This document shows positions 52,836 through 61,959 of a stretch of 64,000 bases of DNA, piece after piece. The notes beneath the pieces are model-generated. The model was not told the origin of the DNA. It made no database searches and saw nothing but the letters and a program-made list of their open reading frames with translations. The first letter of the stretch is position 1. Every line of letters starts with the position of its first letter. The DNA comes from Myxococcota bacterium (GTDB lineage Bacteria; Myxococcota_A; UBA9042; PHBI01; JAWLBL01): the NCBI GenBank assembly GCA_041687695.1, contig JAWLBL010000020.1, positions 1-64,000 on the forward strand. Direction: 5' to 3'. The position numbers and the translations under genes are program-made.

Positions 52836-54677
52836 ATGAGCACGAGCACCCGAACGCGCGCGACGGAGCTGCTTCAGAGGGCCGACGAAGCGCGGCGCGG
52901 GCGCCGCTTCGGCGAGGCTGCGGCGCTGTACCGGGCCGCGGTGGGCGCGATGGGCCCGCGGGTGGCGCCCGAGGTCCGGGCCCAGGTGTGGTCGCGCGCG
53001 GCCCTGTGCGCCCACCGCGCGGGCGCCCTGGACGAGGCCGAGGAGGCGCTGTTCGAGGCCGTGGGCGTCGCGCGGCAGCACGGACTGCGCGAGCGGCTGC
53101 ACGGGCTGCTCGGTCAGCTGGGGCTGGTCGTGGGCGAGCGCGGGCGGGCGCGCGAGGCGGGCGGCTTTCACCGCGAGGCGCTCGAGGTGGCGCGTGAGCT
53201 GGACGATCTCGCCGGCATGGCGACGCACCTGGGCAACCTGGGGCTGCTCGCGGCCGCGCGATCCGAGGTGGAGGAGGCGCGTCGATACCTGAAGCAGGCG
53301 CTCGCGGCTTATGTGTCGGTGGGTGACGCCGACAGCGCCGCCAACGCGCTCAACAGCCTGGGTGAGATCGAGCGGGCGAGCGGGGACGAGGCCGCCGCAC
53401 GCGCAGCGTTCCAGGAGGCGATGGACCTGTGGGAGGCCGCGGGTTCGGCCGCGGGGCAGGCGCTGGCGGCGAGCAATCTGGGGAACCTGGATCGGGTCGC
53501 CGGCCGCCTGGACGACGCCATGGAGCAGTTCGAGCTGGCGCTGGCGCTGGCGGTTCAGGCCCAGGACGCCCGGGCTCAGGCACGCGCGCACACGAACCTG
53601 GGCAACGTCGAGGCGCTCAGGGGCGACCGCGAGGCGGCCCGCCGGCACTACCTGGCCTCGGCGGAGCTGCACGAGCGGGTGGGGTTCGCGCAGGGGCTGG
53701 CGGTCGACCGCGTGAACCTGGCGAGCCTGGCGCTGGAGGGGGGCGAGCTGCACGAGGCGCGCCGCCAGTACGTCGAGGCGTTGGAGTCCTTCCGTGCGAG
53801 TGGCAACGATCGCGCCCGCATCGACCTGCAGTCGTTGATCGCGCAGATCGACGCGCGGCTGGGGCGGCTCGACGATGCGGAGGCCGCGTTCGAGGCGGCC
53901 CGGGAGGCGGCGGGCCTCATCGGCTACGAGCCGGCCCTGGCGCGCATCGGCGTGAACGTCGCCGCCCTGGCGTTCGCGCGCGGGCGCGTCGAGCTGGGGC
54001 TCGAGGGGTTCGCGCGCGGCGCGGCGGCCTTCGACGCGCTGGGGATGCCCGCCGAGGCGGTGACCTGCCGGTTGGCGACGGCCGATGCGCTTGCCGCGGC
54101 GGGGCGCCTCGGAGAGGCCGTCGCGCTGGCCGAGGCCGCCGCGCGTGAGGCGGCGGCGCGCGGGCTGGGCCGCTATCGCAGCGAGGCGGCGCTGGTGATG
54201 GCGCGGCTGCGCTGGGAGGTCGAGACCACGGCCGAGCGGCGAGAGGATCTGCTGCGCGCCGCGCGGGAGATGGAGGCGGACGGGCGGCCCATCGAGGCGC
54301 TGGGGGCTTGGCTGCTGCTGCTCGACCGCGAGGCCGAGGACGGGCGTCCGGCGGAGTGGGCCGCGGCGGCGCTGGACCGGGCCGAGGGCGTGGGGGCGGC
54401 GCCGATGCGCCTCGAGGCGGCGTCGCTGAGGATCGCGACGCGAACGGCGAGCGACGCTGATCTGGCCACGCTCGAGGCGTTGGGGGTCGAGGCCGAAGCG
54501 CTGGGGCTAGGGTTGCTGCGGCTGCGCATCGAGCGGCGCATCGGCGTGGCGCTGGCGCAGCTGGGCCGGCCGGGCGAGGCCGACGCGCGCCTGGCGCAGG
54601 CCCTGGCGACGGCGCGCGACCTGGGCGCGTTGGCCGAGGTCGCGCGCATCGAGCGGCTGCGCGACGCTATGCGCTGA
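52836..54677 (+). CDS. tetratricopeptide-repeat protein
   Basis: Repeated LGNLG/LNSLG/TNLGNV...A..Y..AL units. Confidence 0.8.
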   Translation: MSTSTRTRATELLQRADEARRGRRFGEAAALYRAAVGAMGPRVAPEVRAQVWSRAALCAHRAGALDEAEEALFEAVGVARQHGLRERLHGLLGQLGLVVGERGRAREAGGFHREALEVARELDDLAGMATHLGNLGLLAAARSEVEEARRYLKQALAAYVSVGDADSAANALNSLGEIERASGDEAAARAAFQEAMDLWEAAGSAAGQALAASNLGNLDRVAGRLDDAMEQFELALALAVQAQDARAQARAHTNLGNVEALRGDREAARRHYLASAELHERVGFAQGLAVDRVNLASLALEGGELHEARRQYVEALESFRASGNDRARIDLQSLIAQIDARLGRLDDAEAAFEAAREAAGLIGYEPALARIGVNVAALAFARGRVELGLEGFARGAAAFDALGMPAEAVTCRLATADALAAAGRLGEAVALAEAAAREAAARGLGRYRSEAALVMARLRWEVETTAERREDLLRAAREMEADGRPIEALGAWLLLLDREAEDGRPAEWAAAALDRAEGVGAAPMRLEAASLRIATRTASDADLATLEALGVEAEALGLGLLRLRIERRIGVALAQLGRPGEADARLAQALATARDLGALAEVARIERLRDAMR

Positions 54678-56658
54678 ACGCCTGGGGCGGCGACGCGAGC
54701 AGGGCGTCGATGGCGTCCGGGGCGACGACGTAGCCCGCGATGGCGCTGGCTGCGACGACCATCGGGTTGGCGAGGTAGACCTGCCCCGGACCCGAGCGCC
54801 CCGGGAAGTTGCGGTTGATGGCCGAGATGGTGACCTGCTTGTCGTTCAGGCTCACGCCCGGGCCGGCCTTGATGCAGGCCCCGCAGCTGGGGTTGACCAG
54901 GCGCGCGCCGGCCTTCTGGAACAGCTCGATGTAGCCCTGGCTCTCGGCGTAGCGGCGGATGTGCTGGCTGCCGAACTGGATGTACATCTCGACGCCGTCG
55001 GCGACGCGGCGACCCTGGGCGACGGCGCGGCCGAGGACCCGCGCGTACAGATCCATGTCGGTCTTCTTGCCGCCGGTGCAGCTGCCGCCGTAGGCGATGT
55101 CGACGCGCACCGGCTCGCCCAGCTGCTCGACCGGGACGCCGTTGCGCGGGTCGCCCGGCGTCGCGACCATCGGGCGGAGGGTGTCGAGGTCGATCTCGAA
55201 GGTGGCGGCGTAGTGGGCGTCGGGGTCGGCGCGCAGGACGGTGCCGCGGACCTCGTCGGGGCTCACGCCGCGGATTTCGGCGATCTCGGCGATGACCTTG
55301 TCGTCGGCCTCGATGATGCCCGTGAAGGCGCCCGCCTCGACCGCCATGTTGGTCAGGGTCGCCCGCTCGTCGAGGTTCATCGCCGTCACGCCCGGACCCG
55401 CGAACTCGAGGACCTGGCCGATGGCGCGGCCCTGCCGGATGTAGTCGGTCGCCATGATCTCGAGGATGACGTCCTTGGCCGAGCAGTCCGCGGGCAGGGT
55501 GCCGCGGACGACGAAGCGGACGGTCTCGGGGACGCGGACGCGATAGTCCTGCGTGTACCAGCCGTTGGCCATGTCCGTGGAGCCGACGCCGAAGGCGAAG
55601 GCGCCGAGCGCGCCGGCCGTGCAGGTGTGCGAGTCGGTGCCGACCACGACGTCGCCGGGGCGGGCGATGTCCTCGAGCACGGCGTTGTGGCAGATGGCCT
55701 CGCTGCCGCCCTCGGCGACCTCGCCGTACAGACGGATGCCCTGGCGCTCGGTGAAGCTCTGCTGGGTGGTGGCCAGGCCGTTGGCGCGCTCGAGCAGGCC
55801 CATCTTGAGGTGCTCGGTCGGCATCACCTGGCCGAGGAAGGTCAGGTGGTCGCGGAACGCGAAGACGGACTCGGGGTGGGTCACGCGCGCGTCCTTGCCG
55901 AAGGCGCCCGTGAACAGGGCCTCGGCCATGGGCGTGACGTACTCGTGCGAGAAGCGCACGTCGGCACGGACGAACAGCGCGTCGCCCGGCTGCACGGCCT
56001 CGACGCCGATGCGCCCGGTGGCGGCGTCGGCGACGGCGCGGCGCGCGATGACCTTCTCGACCAGCGTCATCGGACGCGCGGGCGTGGTGACGGGGGGCGG
56101 CGCGACCGAGCCGGAAAAGCGCGCCTTGGAGTACTCGAACAGGCCCCCGTGCTCGACGATGGCCGCGCTGATGGGGTCGAGGTCGGCCGTGAACTCGCTC
56201 AGCGGGATCTCCTCGCCGCGCAGGATGCGGGGCACGAGCCCCATGTCGGTCGAGGTCAGCAGGCCGATGTTCTGGCTGTTCTGCCCGTAGATCTTCTCGA
56301 TCGAGCTCGCGATGACCAGCTCGATGCCCGCCCACTTCTCGGAGTAGGGCGCCGTCTCGCGGCTGGAGCCGCAGCCCTTGGACAGGCCGGACACGATGAC
56401 CGAGAAGCCGCCGCGCTTGAGGTCGCCCTGGCCGATGGCCTTGCCGCGAAGCCCGACCAGCGAGTACTCGCCGAGGGTCTCGTCGTAGAAGAAGCAGACC
56501 CAGCCCGGCGTGATCTCGTCGGTCGAGATGTTGTCGATGAGCTTGCGCTCGGGGTCCCAGTCGAGGTCCAGGCCGGCGAGCTGCTGACGGACGAGCTCGA
56601 GGTCCTCGGTGAGGAAGAGGATGCGGCCGTTGAACTTCACGCTGGGGGCGCGCGCCAT
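54667..56658 (-). CDS. aconitase-superfamily hydratase, LeuD-like swivel domain fused N-terminally to a LeuC-like domain
   Basis: NISTDEITP, GCGSSRE (swivel); GTDSHTC, GSCTG, SCGAC, NRNFPGR (Fe-S subunit). Confidence 0.88.
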   Translation of the reverse strand: MARAPSVKFNGRILFLTEDLELVRQQLAGLDLDWDPERKLIDNISTDEITPGWVCFFYDETLGEYSLVGLRGKAIGQGDLKRGGFSVIVSGLSKGCGSSRETAPYSEKWAGIELVIASSIEKIYGQNSQNIGLLTSTDMGLVPRILRGEEIPLSEFTADLDPISAAIVEHGGLFEYSKARFSGSVAPPPVTTPARPMTLVEKVIARRAVADAATGRIGVEAVQPGDALFVRADVRFSHEYVTPMAEALFTGAFGKDARVTHPESVFAFRDHLTFLGQVMPTEHLKMGLLERANGLATTQQSFTERQGIRLYGEVAEGGSEAICHNAVLEDIARPGDVVVGTDSHTCTAGALGAFAFGVGSTDMANGWYTQDYRVRVPETVRFVVRGTLPADCSAKDVILEIMATDYIRQGRAIGQVLEFAGPGVTAMNLDERATLTNMAVEAGAFTGIIEADDKVIAEIAEIRGVSPDEVRGTVLRADPDAHYAATFEIDLDTLRPMVATPGDPRNGVPVEQLGEPVRVDIAYGGSCTGGKKTDMDLYARVLGRAVAQGRRVADGVEMYIQFGSQHIRRYAESQGYIELFQKAGARLVNPSCGACIKAGPGVSLNDKQVTISAINRNFPGRSGPGQVYLANPMVVAASAIAGYVVAPDAIDALLASPPQAFSA

Positions 56659-56822
56659 GGGAACCACCGGGCCAGTGGGGACGTTCGCTCGGGGCGCCGG
56701 GGCGGCGCGCCCGGGTGGCCTGTTCAGGCCGGACCCAGCGCACTAGCGCATGGGGCTTCGCGGCGTCAACCTTGCAGTGGCTCGGCGGCCGCGGCGCGGG
56801 CAACTCCGCGACCTCGCAGGGC

Positions 56823-57563
56823 TCACTCGGTGTGGGCCAGGAACAGCTCCTCGAGGGTCTCGCCCGCTGCGCGCATCCGGTCGAGGTCCGCGCGGTCGAG
56901 CGCGTGGATGACGCGGCCCCGGTGCAGCAGCACCACGCGCGAGCACAGGCGCTCGAGGTGCTCGAGGATGTGGGAGACCAGCAGGACGGCGGTGCCCTGG
57001 CGCAGGCGCGCCGCGACGACGGCCTTCACCTCGGCCGACGCGCGGGGGTCGAGGCCGTTGAGGGACTCGTCCAGGATGAGCAGGGCCGGGTCGCCGAGCA
57101 GGGCCGCGCTGATGGCGAGCTTGCGGGCCATGCCCTCGCTGTACTCGCGGGCCAGGCGGTGCTGGGCCTCGGTCAGGCGGAAGCGCGCGAGCAGCTCGTC
57201 GATGGCGGCGGCGGCGTCCGGCGGCGGCATCTGCCGGACCTCGGCCACGAACTCCAGGACCTCGCGTCCCGTCAGGAACGGATAGAGCGTCAGCTCCTGC
57301 GGGACATAGCCCAGCCGGGTGCGCGCGAGGAGCGGCTCGGCCGCGATGTCGTGCCCGTCGATGAGGACCTGGCCGGCGTCGGCGAGCAGCTGGCCCGTCA
57401 TGATCTTGATGGCCGTCGACTTGCCGGCGCCGTTGGGCCCGACCAGGCCGACCAGCTCGCCGGGGGCGATCGAAAGATCGAACCCATCGACCGCGGTGAG
57501 CTGGCGGAAGCGCTTGACGAGGCCACGCACGTCCAGGCGTGGCGGCGTGGCGGCGGGCTTCAC
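56823..57563 (-). CDS. ABC transporter ATP-binding protein
   Basis: GPNGAGKST, YSEGM, LILDESLNGLDP, VSH; GTGA overlap with the upstream gene. Confidence 0.92.
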   Translation of the reverse strand: MKPAATPPRLDVRGLVKRFRQLTAVDGFDLSIAPGELVGLVGPNGAGKSTAIKIMTGQLLADAGQVLIDGHDIAAEPLLARTRLGYVPQELTLYPFLTGREVLEFVAEVRQMPPPDAAAAIDELLARFRLTEAQHRLAREYSEGMARKLAISAALLGDPALLILDESLNGLDPRASAEVKAVVAARLRQGTAVLLVSHILEHLERLCSRVVLLHRGRVIHALDRADLDRMRAAGETLEELFLAHTE

Positions 57564-58951
57564 GGGATGGACCACAGGACGGCTCCGGTGAGCGAGACGA
57601 CGGCGGCGCGCCACGCGGTGGCGGCGACCATCATGCGGTCGGCGCGGGCGAGGCGGGCGAGGTGGAGGGCGCCCCAGGTGAGGGTGAGGGCGAGGAGGGC
57701 GCCGCCGAGGAGCACGACGACGCCCGCGACCAGCCCTCCGGCGACGGTGGCGGCGACCGCGGCGGCGAGCACGGCCCAGGCGGGGTGGATGAGGCTCGCG
57801 GCGAGGCGGCCGAGGCGTTCGTCGCGCGGGCGGGAGGGCAGGGTGCGGGCGAGCCAGGGGGAGTCGAGCTCGGGGCCCTCGAGGCGGAAGCCCGAGACGA
57901 GGAAGAGGCCGACGAAGGCGCCGAGGAGGGGCAGGAACACCGGCGCGGGGGTGAGCTCGGCCGTGGCGGTGAAGGCGAGGCGGCCGGCGATGAGGCCGTG
58001 GAGCCAGAGCATGACGCGATCGATGCGGTGGCGGCGGCGCAGCTGCTTGAGATCGCGGAGGAAGTAGGGGCGCGCGGGGGGTGGCAGGAGGCGCGCGAGG
58101 CCGGCGCCGGGCGTCGTCGCGGGGACGCCGTCCTCGCGGTAGGGGGGCGGGGCCTCGGCCTCGGTGAAGCGGGCCATGATGGGGAAGAGGGCGGCGTCGG
58201 CGATGCGGGCCGCGGCGACGAGGGCGACGACGAGGGTCACGGCGGACCAGGCGAAGGGGAGGGCGAGGAGGTCGCCGCGATCGGCGGTGAGGGCGTGGAA
58301 GAGGAAGAGGTCGTTGAGGACGCCGAGGACGAGGGCGCCGGCGAGGGCGGCGGCGGGGGAGTACAGGAGCAGGGCGTGCTCGTCGGCGACGATGTGGGAG
58401 GCGAGGAGCTTGCGGAGGTGGCTGGACTCGGACAGGAGCGAGCGGCCGGCGGCGAGGTGGGCGGCGGCGGCGAGGGCGAGGCCGGCGAGGAGGGTGAGGG
58501 CCGGGGTGGCGGCGGCGTAGGCGGGCAGGCCCGTGGGGGCGCCGGCGTCGAGGAGGCCGAAGGCGTAGCCGGCGGGGGCGAGGAGGAGGGGGAGGTGCAG
58601 CGCGTAGGCGCGGACCATGAGATCGACGAAGCGGGTGCGGCCGCGCAGGGGGAGGAGCCCGACGAAGGAGGCGTCGGCGGCGCGGAAGAGGATCTCGAAG
58701 GTCGCGTAGCCGAGCAGGAGGGACTGGAGCGTGGTCATCCAGAAGACGCGCTCGCGGACGACGGCGTAGGTGCGCTCGCCCGGCGTGAGGGCGGCGGCGT
58801 CGGCGGCGCCGAGCGCGGCGAGGCCCACCCAGACGGCCACGGCCGCGGCGGCGAGGAGCACGCCGGTGGCGAGCTGGGCGGGGGCGCGGGTCGCGCCGAC
58901 GCGGCGGCCGAGGGCGCGCCAACGGTAGGAGATGAGGCGGGTCGCGCGGAT
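57560..58951 (-). CDS. multi-pass membrane protein, probable ABC permease
   Basis: Many hydrophobic segments, coupled to the ABC ATPase; start uncertain (ATC 58951 after AGGAGG, or GTG 58861). Confidence 0.7.
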   Translation of the reverse strand: MRATRLISYRWRALGRRVGATRAPAQLATGVLLAAAAVAVWVGLAALGAADAAALTPGERTYAVVRERVFWMTTLQSLLLGYATFEILFRAADASFVGLLPLRGRTRFVDLMVRAYALHLPLLLAPAGYAFGLLDAGAPTGLPAYAAATPALTLLAGLALAAAAHLAAGRSLLSESSHLRKLLASHIVADEHALLLYSPAAALAGALVLGVLNDLFLFHALTADRGDLLALPFAWSAVTLVVALVAAARIADAALFPIMARFTEAEAPPPYREDGVPATTPGAGLARLLPPPARPYFLRDLKQLRRRHRIDRVMLWLHGLIAGRLAFTATAELTPAPVFLPLLGAFVGLFLVSGFRLEGPELDSPWLARTLPSRPRDERLGRLAASLIHPAWAVLAAAVAATVAGGLVAGVVVLLGGALLALTLTWGALHLARLARADRMMVAATAWRAAVVSLTGAVLWSIP

Positions 58952-59100
58952 GGGAGCCTCCTGACAGCGGCGGCAAGGGTAGGGGAGTCGCGCCTCGGGG
59001 GCCAGACGTCAGCGCGTGTAAGCGGCTGTCCGGGCTCGGAGGGTGCGGCGGTCCGGCCTGACGTAGTAGAAGCTAGGCGCGCCCGTCGCGCTGGAGCCGC

Positions 59101-59442
59101 ATGCATCCCGACCCGCTCAACGCCCCCGCCCCACCCGAAGCGCTCGACGCCGTCTGCGGCCATCGGATCGCGACCGACGGGGCGCCGCGGCTGTTGTTTC
59201 GGGGGCATCGCTATTTCTTCTGCTCGTCGGCGTGCCGGCTGGCTTTCAAGCGAGCGCCCGAGCGGTACGCCGACGAGCACGCCGATGCCGCGGTCGCCGT
59301 CCCGCCGCTGGTGCCGCCGAGCACGCGGCCGCCGAGCCCGTTCCGCGTGGCGCGTGGCGGGGGCGTATCGCCGACGGCCGACGGCTCGCAGCACCCGACC
59401 CCGCCCGACGACGACTCGGGAGGGCGCCGGGGGGGCGATTGA
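59101..59442 (+). CDS. YHS/TRASH-domain protein
   Basis: DAVCGHRI...FRGHRYFFCSSACRLAFKRAPERY. Confidence 0.8.
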   Translation: MHPDPLNAPAPPEALDAVCGHRIATDGAPRLLFRGHRYFFCSSACRLAFKRAPERYADEHADAAVAVPPLVPPSTRPPSPFRVARGGGVSPTADGSQHPTPPDDDSGGRRGGD

Positions 59443-59492
59443 CGCCACGCGCAGCCTTGGAACACACTGGAGCCACCAGCGGGGAGCAGGTC

Positions 59493-60308
59493 ATGAGCCA
59501 GTACGCGAATGCCGGGATCTTCAGGAGAATCATCGTCCTCGTGCTCGAGGGCTACGGGGTCGGCGCCCTCCCGGACGCGGGCGAGACGCGCGACCGCGGC
59601 GCCGACACCCTGGGCCACCTGGCTACCTACACGGGTGGCCTCAACCTGCCGATGCTGCAGTGGATGGGCCTCGGCAACGTGGCGGCCGTCCGCGGGGTCG
59701 AGCCGGCCGATCCGCCGGCCGCGAGCTTTGGCCGCCTCGCCCGCACGTCGGCGGGCACGGACGTCGACGGGGCCCTGGCCGAGCTGCTCGACGGGCTGCT
59801 CGAAGACCTGGTCGCCTCGGGTAACGAGGTGATCGCCATCGGTCATGCTGCCGAGCTGCTCGATGGGCAGCCCGTCACCGTCTCCGAGCCCTCCCGTCGC
59901 CTCGATCGCGTCGTCGACACCGTCCTGGACGCGCTCGACATGGACGCCTCGGGGCTGATCGTCGCCTCCTTCGGCGCCGAAGACGCGAACCCCTTGGGCG
60001 CGCACGGGCCAGCGCGCCTCGCCCGGACCCTCTCGCGCATCGACACGCAGCTGGCGCGGCTGTTCGACGCGTTGACCGAGGACACGCTGCTGCTCGTCAC
60101 GACGGCCGGCGCCGTCGACGCCACGCTGGCCGCGCGCCGCGGCACCAGCCGCGAGTGGGCGCCCCTGCTGGCCTACACCGCCCTGGCGCCTTCGGGCATC
60201 GGCCTGGGCGACCGCCCCTCGCTCGCGGACGTGGGCGCCACGATCCGAGAGAACTTCGGCCTCTCGCAGGGGGCCGGAACGAGCTTCTACGCGCCGCTGA
60301 TTCCCTGA
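59493..60308 (+). CDS. phosphopentomutase (DeoB)-like protein, cap domain and catalytic residues missing
   Basis: RRIIVLVLEGYGVGALPDA...GADTLGHL...LGN; VIAIG; SREWAPLLAY; ADVGATIRENFG. Confidence 0.8.
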   Translation: MSQYANAGIFRRIIVLVLEGYGVGALPDAGETRDRGADTLGHLATYTGGLNLPMLQWMGLGNVAAVRGVEPADPPAASFGRLARTSAGTDVDGALAELLDGLLEDLVASGNEVIAIGHAAELLDGQPVTVSEPSRRLDRVVDTVLDALDMDASGLIVASFGAEDANPLGAHGPARLARTLSRIDTQLARLFDALTEDTLLLVTTAGAVDATLAARRGTSREWAPLLAYTALAPSGIGLGDRPSLADVGATIRENFGLSQGAGTSFYAPLIP

Positions 60309-60368
60309 CCCCGGGCCCGGTTGCCCGTCCAGGGGAGAGCGTCCCGACACGATCGAAGAGGCAATACG

Positions 60369-61235
60369 ATGGTCCAATCGGCGCCGGAGACGACGCTGAA
60401 CCGGCTGGACGACGCGGTGCGGTACGTGCGCGAGCGCTGGCCCCACACGCCGACCCTGGGCGTCATCGCGGGCAGCGGCCTCGGGCTGCTGGGCGATCTG
60501 GCGACCGAGTCCGTCCGCATGCCCTACGGCACGATCCCGCACATGCCGACGCCGTCGGTGGTGGGGCACAGCGGTGAGCTGGTGGTCGGCACGCTCGCCG
60601 GCCTGCGCGTCGCCATCCTCAGCGGACGCGTGCACCACTACGAAGGCTGGCCGATGGGCGACGTCGTCTTCGGGGCGCGCCTGCTGGCGCGGCTCGGCTG
60701 CGAGTCGGTCGTCCTGACCAACGCCGCCGGCGGCATCCACCCCTGGCTGTTGCCGGGCTCGCTGTGCCGCATCGTGGATCACCTGAACCTGATGGGCGCC
60801 AACCCGCTCGGCGGCCCCAACGTCGAGGGGCTCGGACCGCGCTTCCCCGACATGTCCGCCGTCTACGATCGCGTGCTCGGCGACCGCCTCGACCGTGCGG
60901 CGGCCGCCCGCGGCGTCGTGCTCGGGCGCGGGGTGTACGCCGCCATGTCGGGCCCCTCCTACGAGACCCCGGCCGAGATCCGGATGCTGCGCGTGTTGGG
61001 CGCCGATCTCGTCGGGATGTCGACGGTGCCCGAAGCCATCGCGCTACGGCACATGGGCGTGCGGGTCGGCGGGGTAAGCGTCGTGTCGAACCACGCGGCG
61101 GGCGTCAGCGCCGAGCTCCTCAGCCACGACGACGTCAAGCACGTCGCCCTCGACGCCGGGCCGCGGCTGGTCGCCGTCCTCGAAGCCCTGGCCCGCGCGC
61201 TGGCCGAGGAGCCACTCGCCGGGGCGGTCCGATGA
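60369..61235 (+). CDS. punA: purine-nucleoside phosphorylase (trimeric type)
   Basis: GSGLG, VVGHSG, GRVHHYEG, TNAAGG, GPSYETPAE, VGMSTVPE. Confidence 0.92.
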   Translation: MVQSAPETTLNRLDDAVRYVRERWPHTPTLGVIAGSGLGLLGDLATESVRMPYGTIPHMPTPSVVGHSGELVVGTLAGLRVAILSGRVHHYEGWPMGDVVFGARLLARLGCESVVLTNAAGGIHPWLLPGSLCRIVDHLNLMGANPLGGPNVEGLGPRFPDMSAVYDRVLGDRLDRAAAARGVVLGRGVYAAMSGPSYETPAEIRMLRVLGADLVGMSTVPEAIALRHMGVRVGGVSVVSNHAAGVSAELLSHDDVKHVALDAGPRLVAVLEALARALAEEPLAGAVR

Positions 61236-61645
61236 TCGCCGACGACGCGCGGCTCGACGCTCTGGTCGCGGCCGCGGCCGACGCGCGCGAGCGCGCCTAC
61301 GCCCCGTACAGTCGGTTCAAGGTGGGCGCGGCCGTGCTGACCGAGAGCGGCCGCGTGCACGTAGGCGTCAACGTCGAGAACGCCAGCTACCCGTGTGGGA
61401 TGTGCGCCGAGCAGTCCGCCGTGTCCGCCGCCGTGACGTCGGGGGACCGTGGGATCGACGCCGTCGCGGTCGTGACCGACGCCGTAGAGCCGGCGGCGCC
61501 TTGCGGGATCTGCCGGCAGACCCTGTACGAGTTCAACCCCGGGATGACCGTCGTGCTGGCCAACACCGCCGGCGCGCGTCGCGTCCACCGCCTGTCGGAC
61601 CTGATGCCGCACGGCTTCGGGCCGCGCGACCTCATCGGCACCTGA
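61232..61645 (+). CDS. cdd: cytidine deaminase (tetrameric type)
   Basis: AYAPYSRFKVGAA, NVENASY, CAE, PCGICRQ; ATGA overlap. Confidence 0.95.
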   Translation: MIADDARLDALVAAAADARERAYAPYSRFKVGAAVLTESGRVHVGVNVENASYPCGMCAEQSAVSAAVTSGDRGIDAVAVVTDAVEPAAPCGICRQTLYEFNPGMTVVLANTAGARRVHRLSDLMPHGFGPRDLIGT

Positions 61646-61659
61646 GCCGCCCCGGTCGG

Positions 61660-61788
61660 ATGAAGGACTGCCCAGCGCCGCCCCCACGGCGCTGAGCAGC
61701 CAGGCGCGATGGCGACACGCCTGACGGCACGCCCCCGTCGCCCTTCCGATGACTCGGAAGGCCGCTACGGCCTGTCACGCAGCGGCGT
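61660..61788 (-). ncRNA. candidate structured sRNA with five consecutive stem-loops
   Basis: Five abutting hairpins, three with G-U pairs that form only on the minus strand; begins where a sigma54 +1 would fall. Confidence 0.5.
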
Positions 61789-61798
61789 CGGTTGAACA

Positions 61799-61814
61799 TG
61801 CGAGGCTCGTGCCA
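61799..61814 (-). promoter_or_regulatory. sigma54 -24/-12 promoter
   Basis: Minus-strand TGGCACG-AGCC-TCGCA against consensus TGGCACG-N4-TTGCW. Confidence 0.6.
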
Positions 61815-61959
61815 GCGTGCAGCGGCTTGCGTCCGGGCGCCGCTCGGTGCGAGCGCGGCCCCTTCGCGATGCGCAACGGTTGCGCACCCGAGCGCGCGTG
61901 ATTGCCAAGTGACCGCTCTGGCTCGGCGGCGGTTGTGTTCCGGTCGCGGGCTTGTCACG

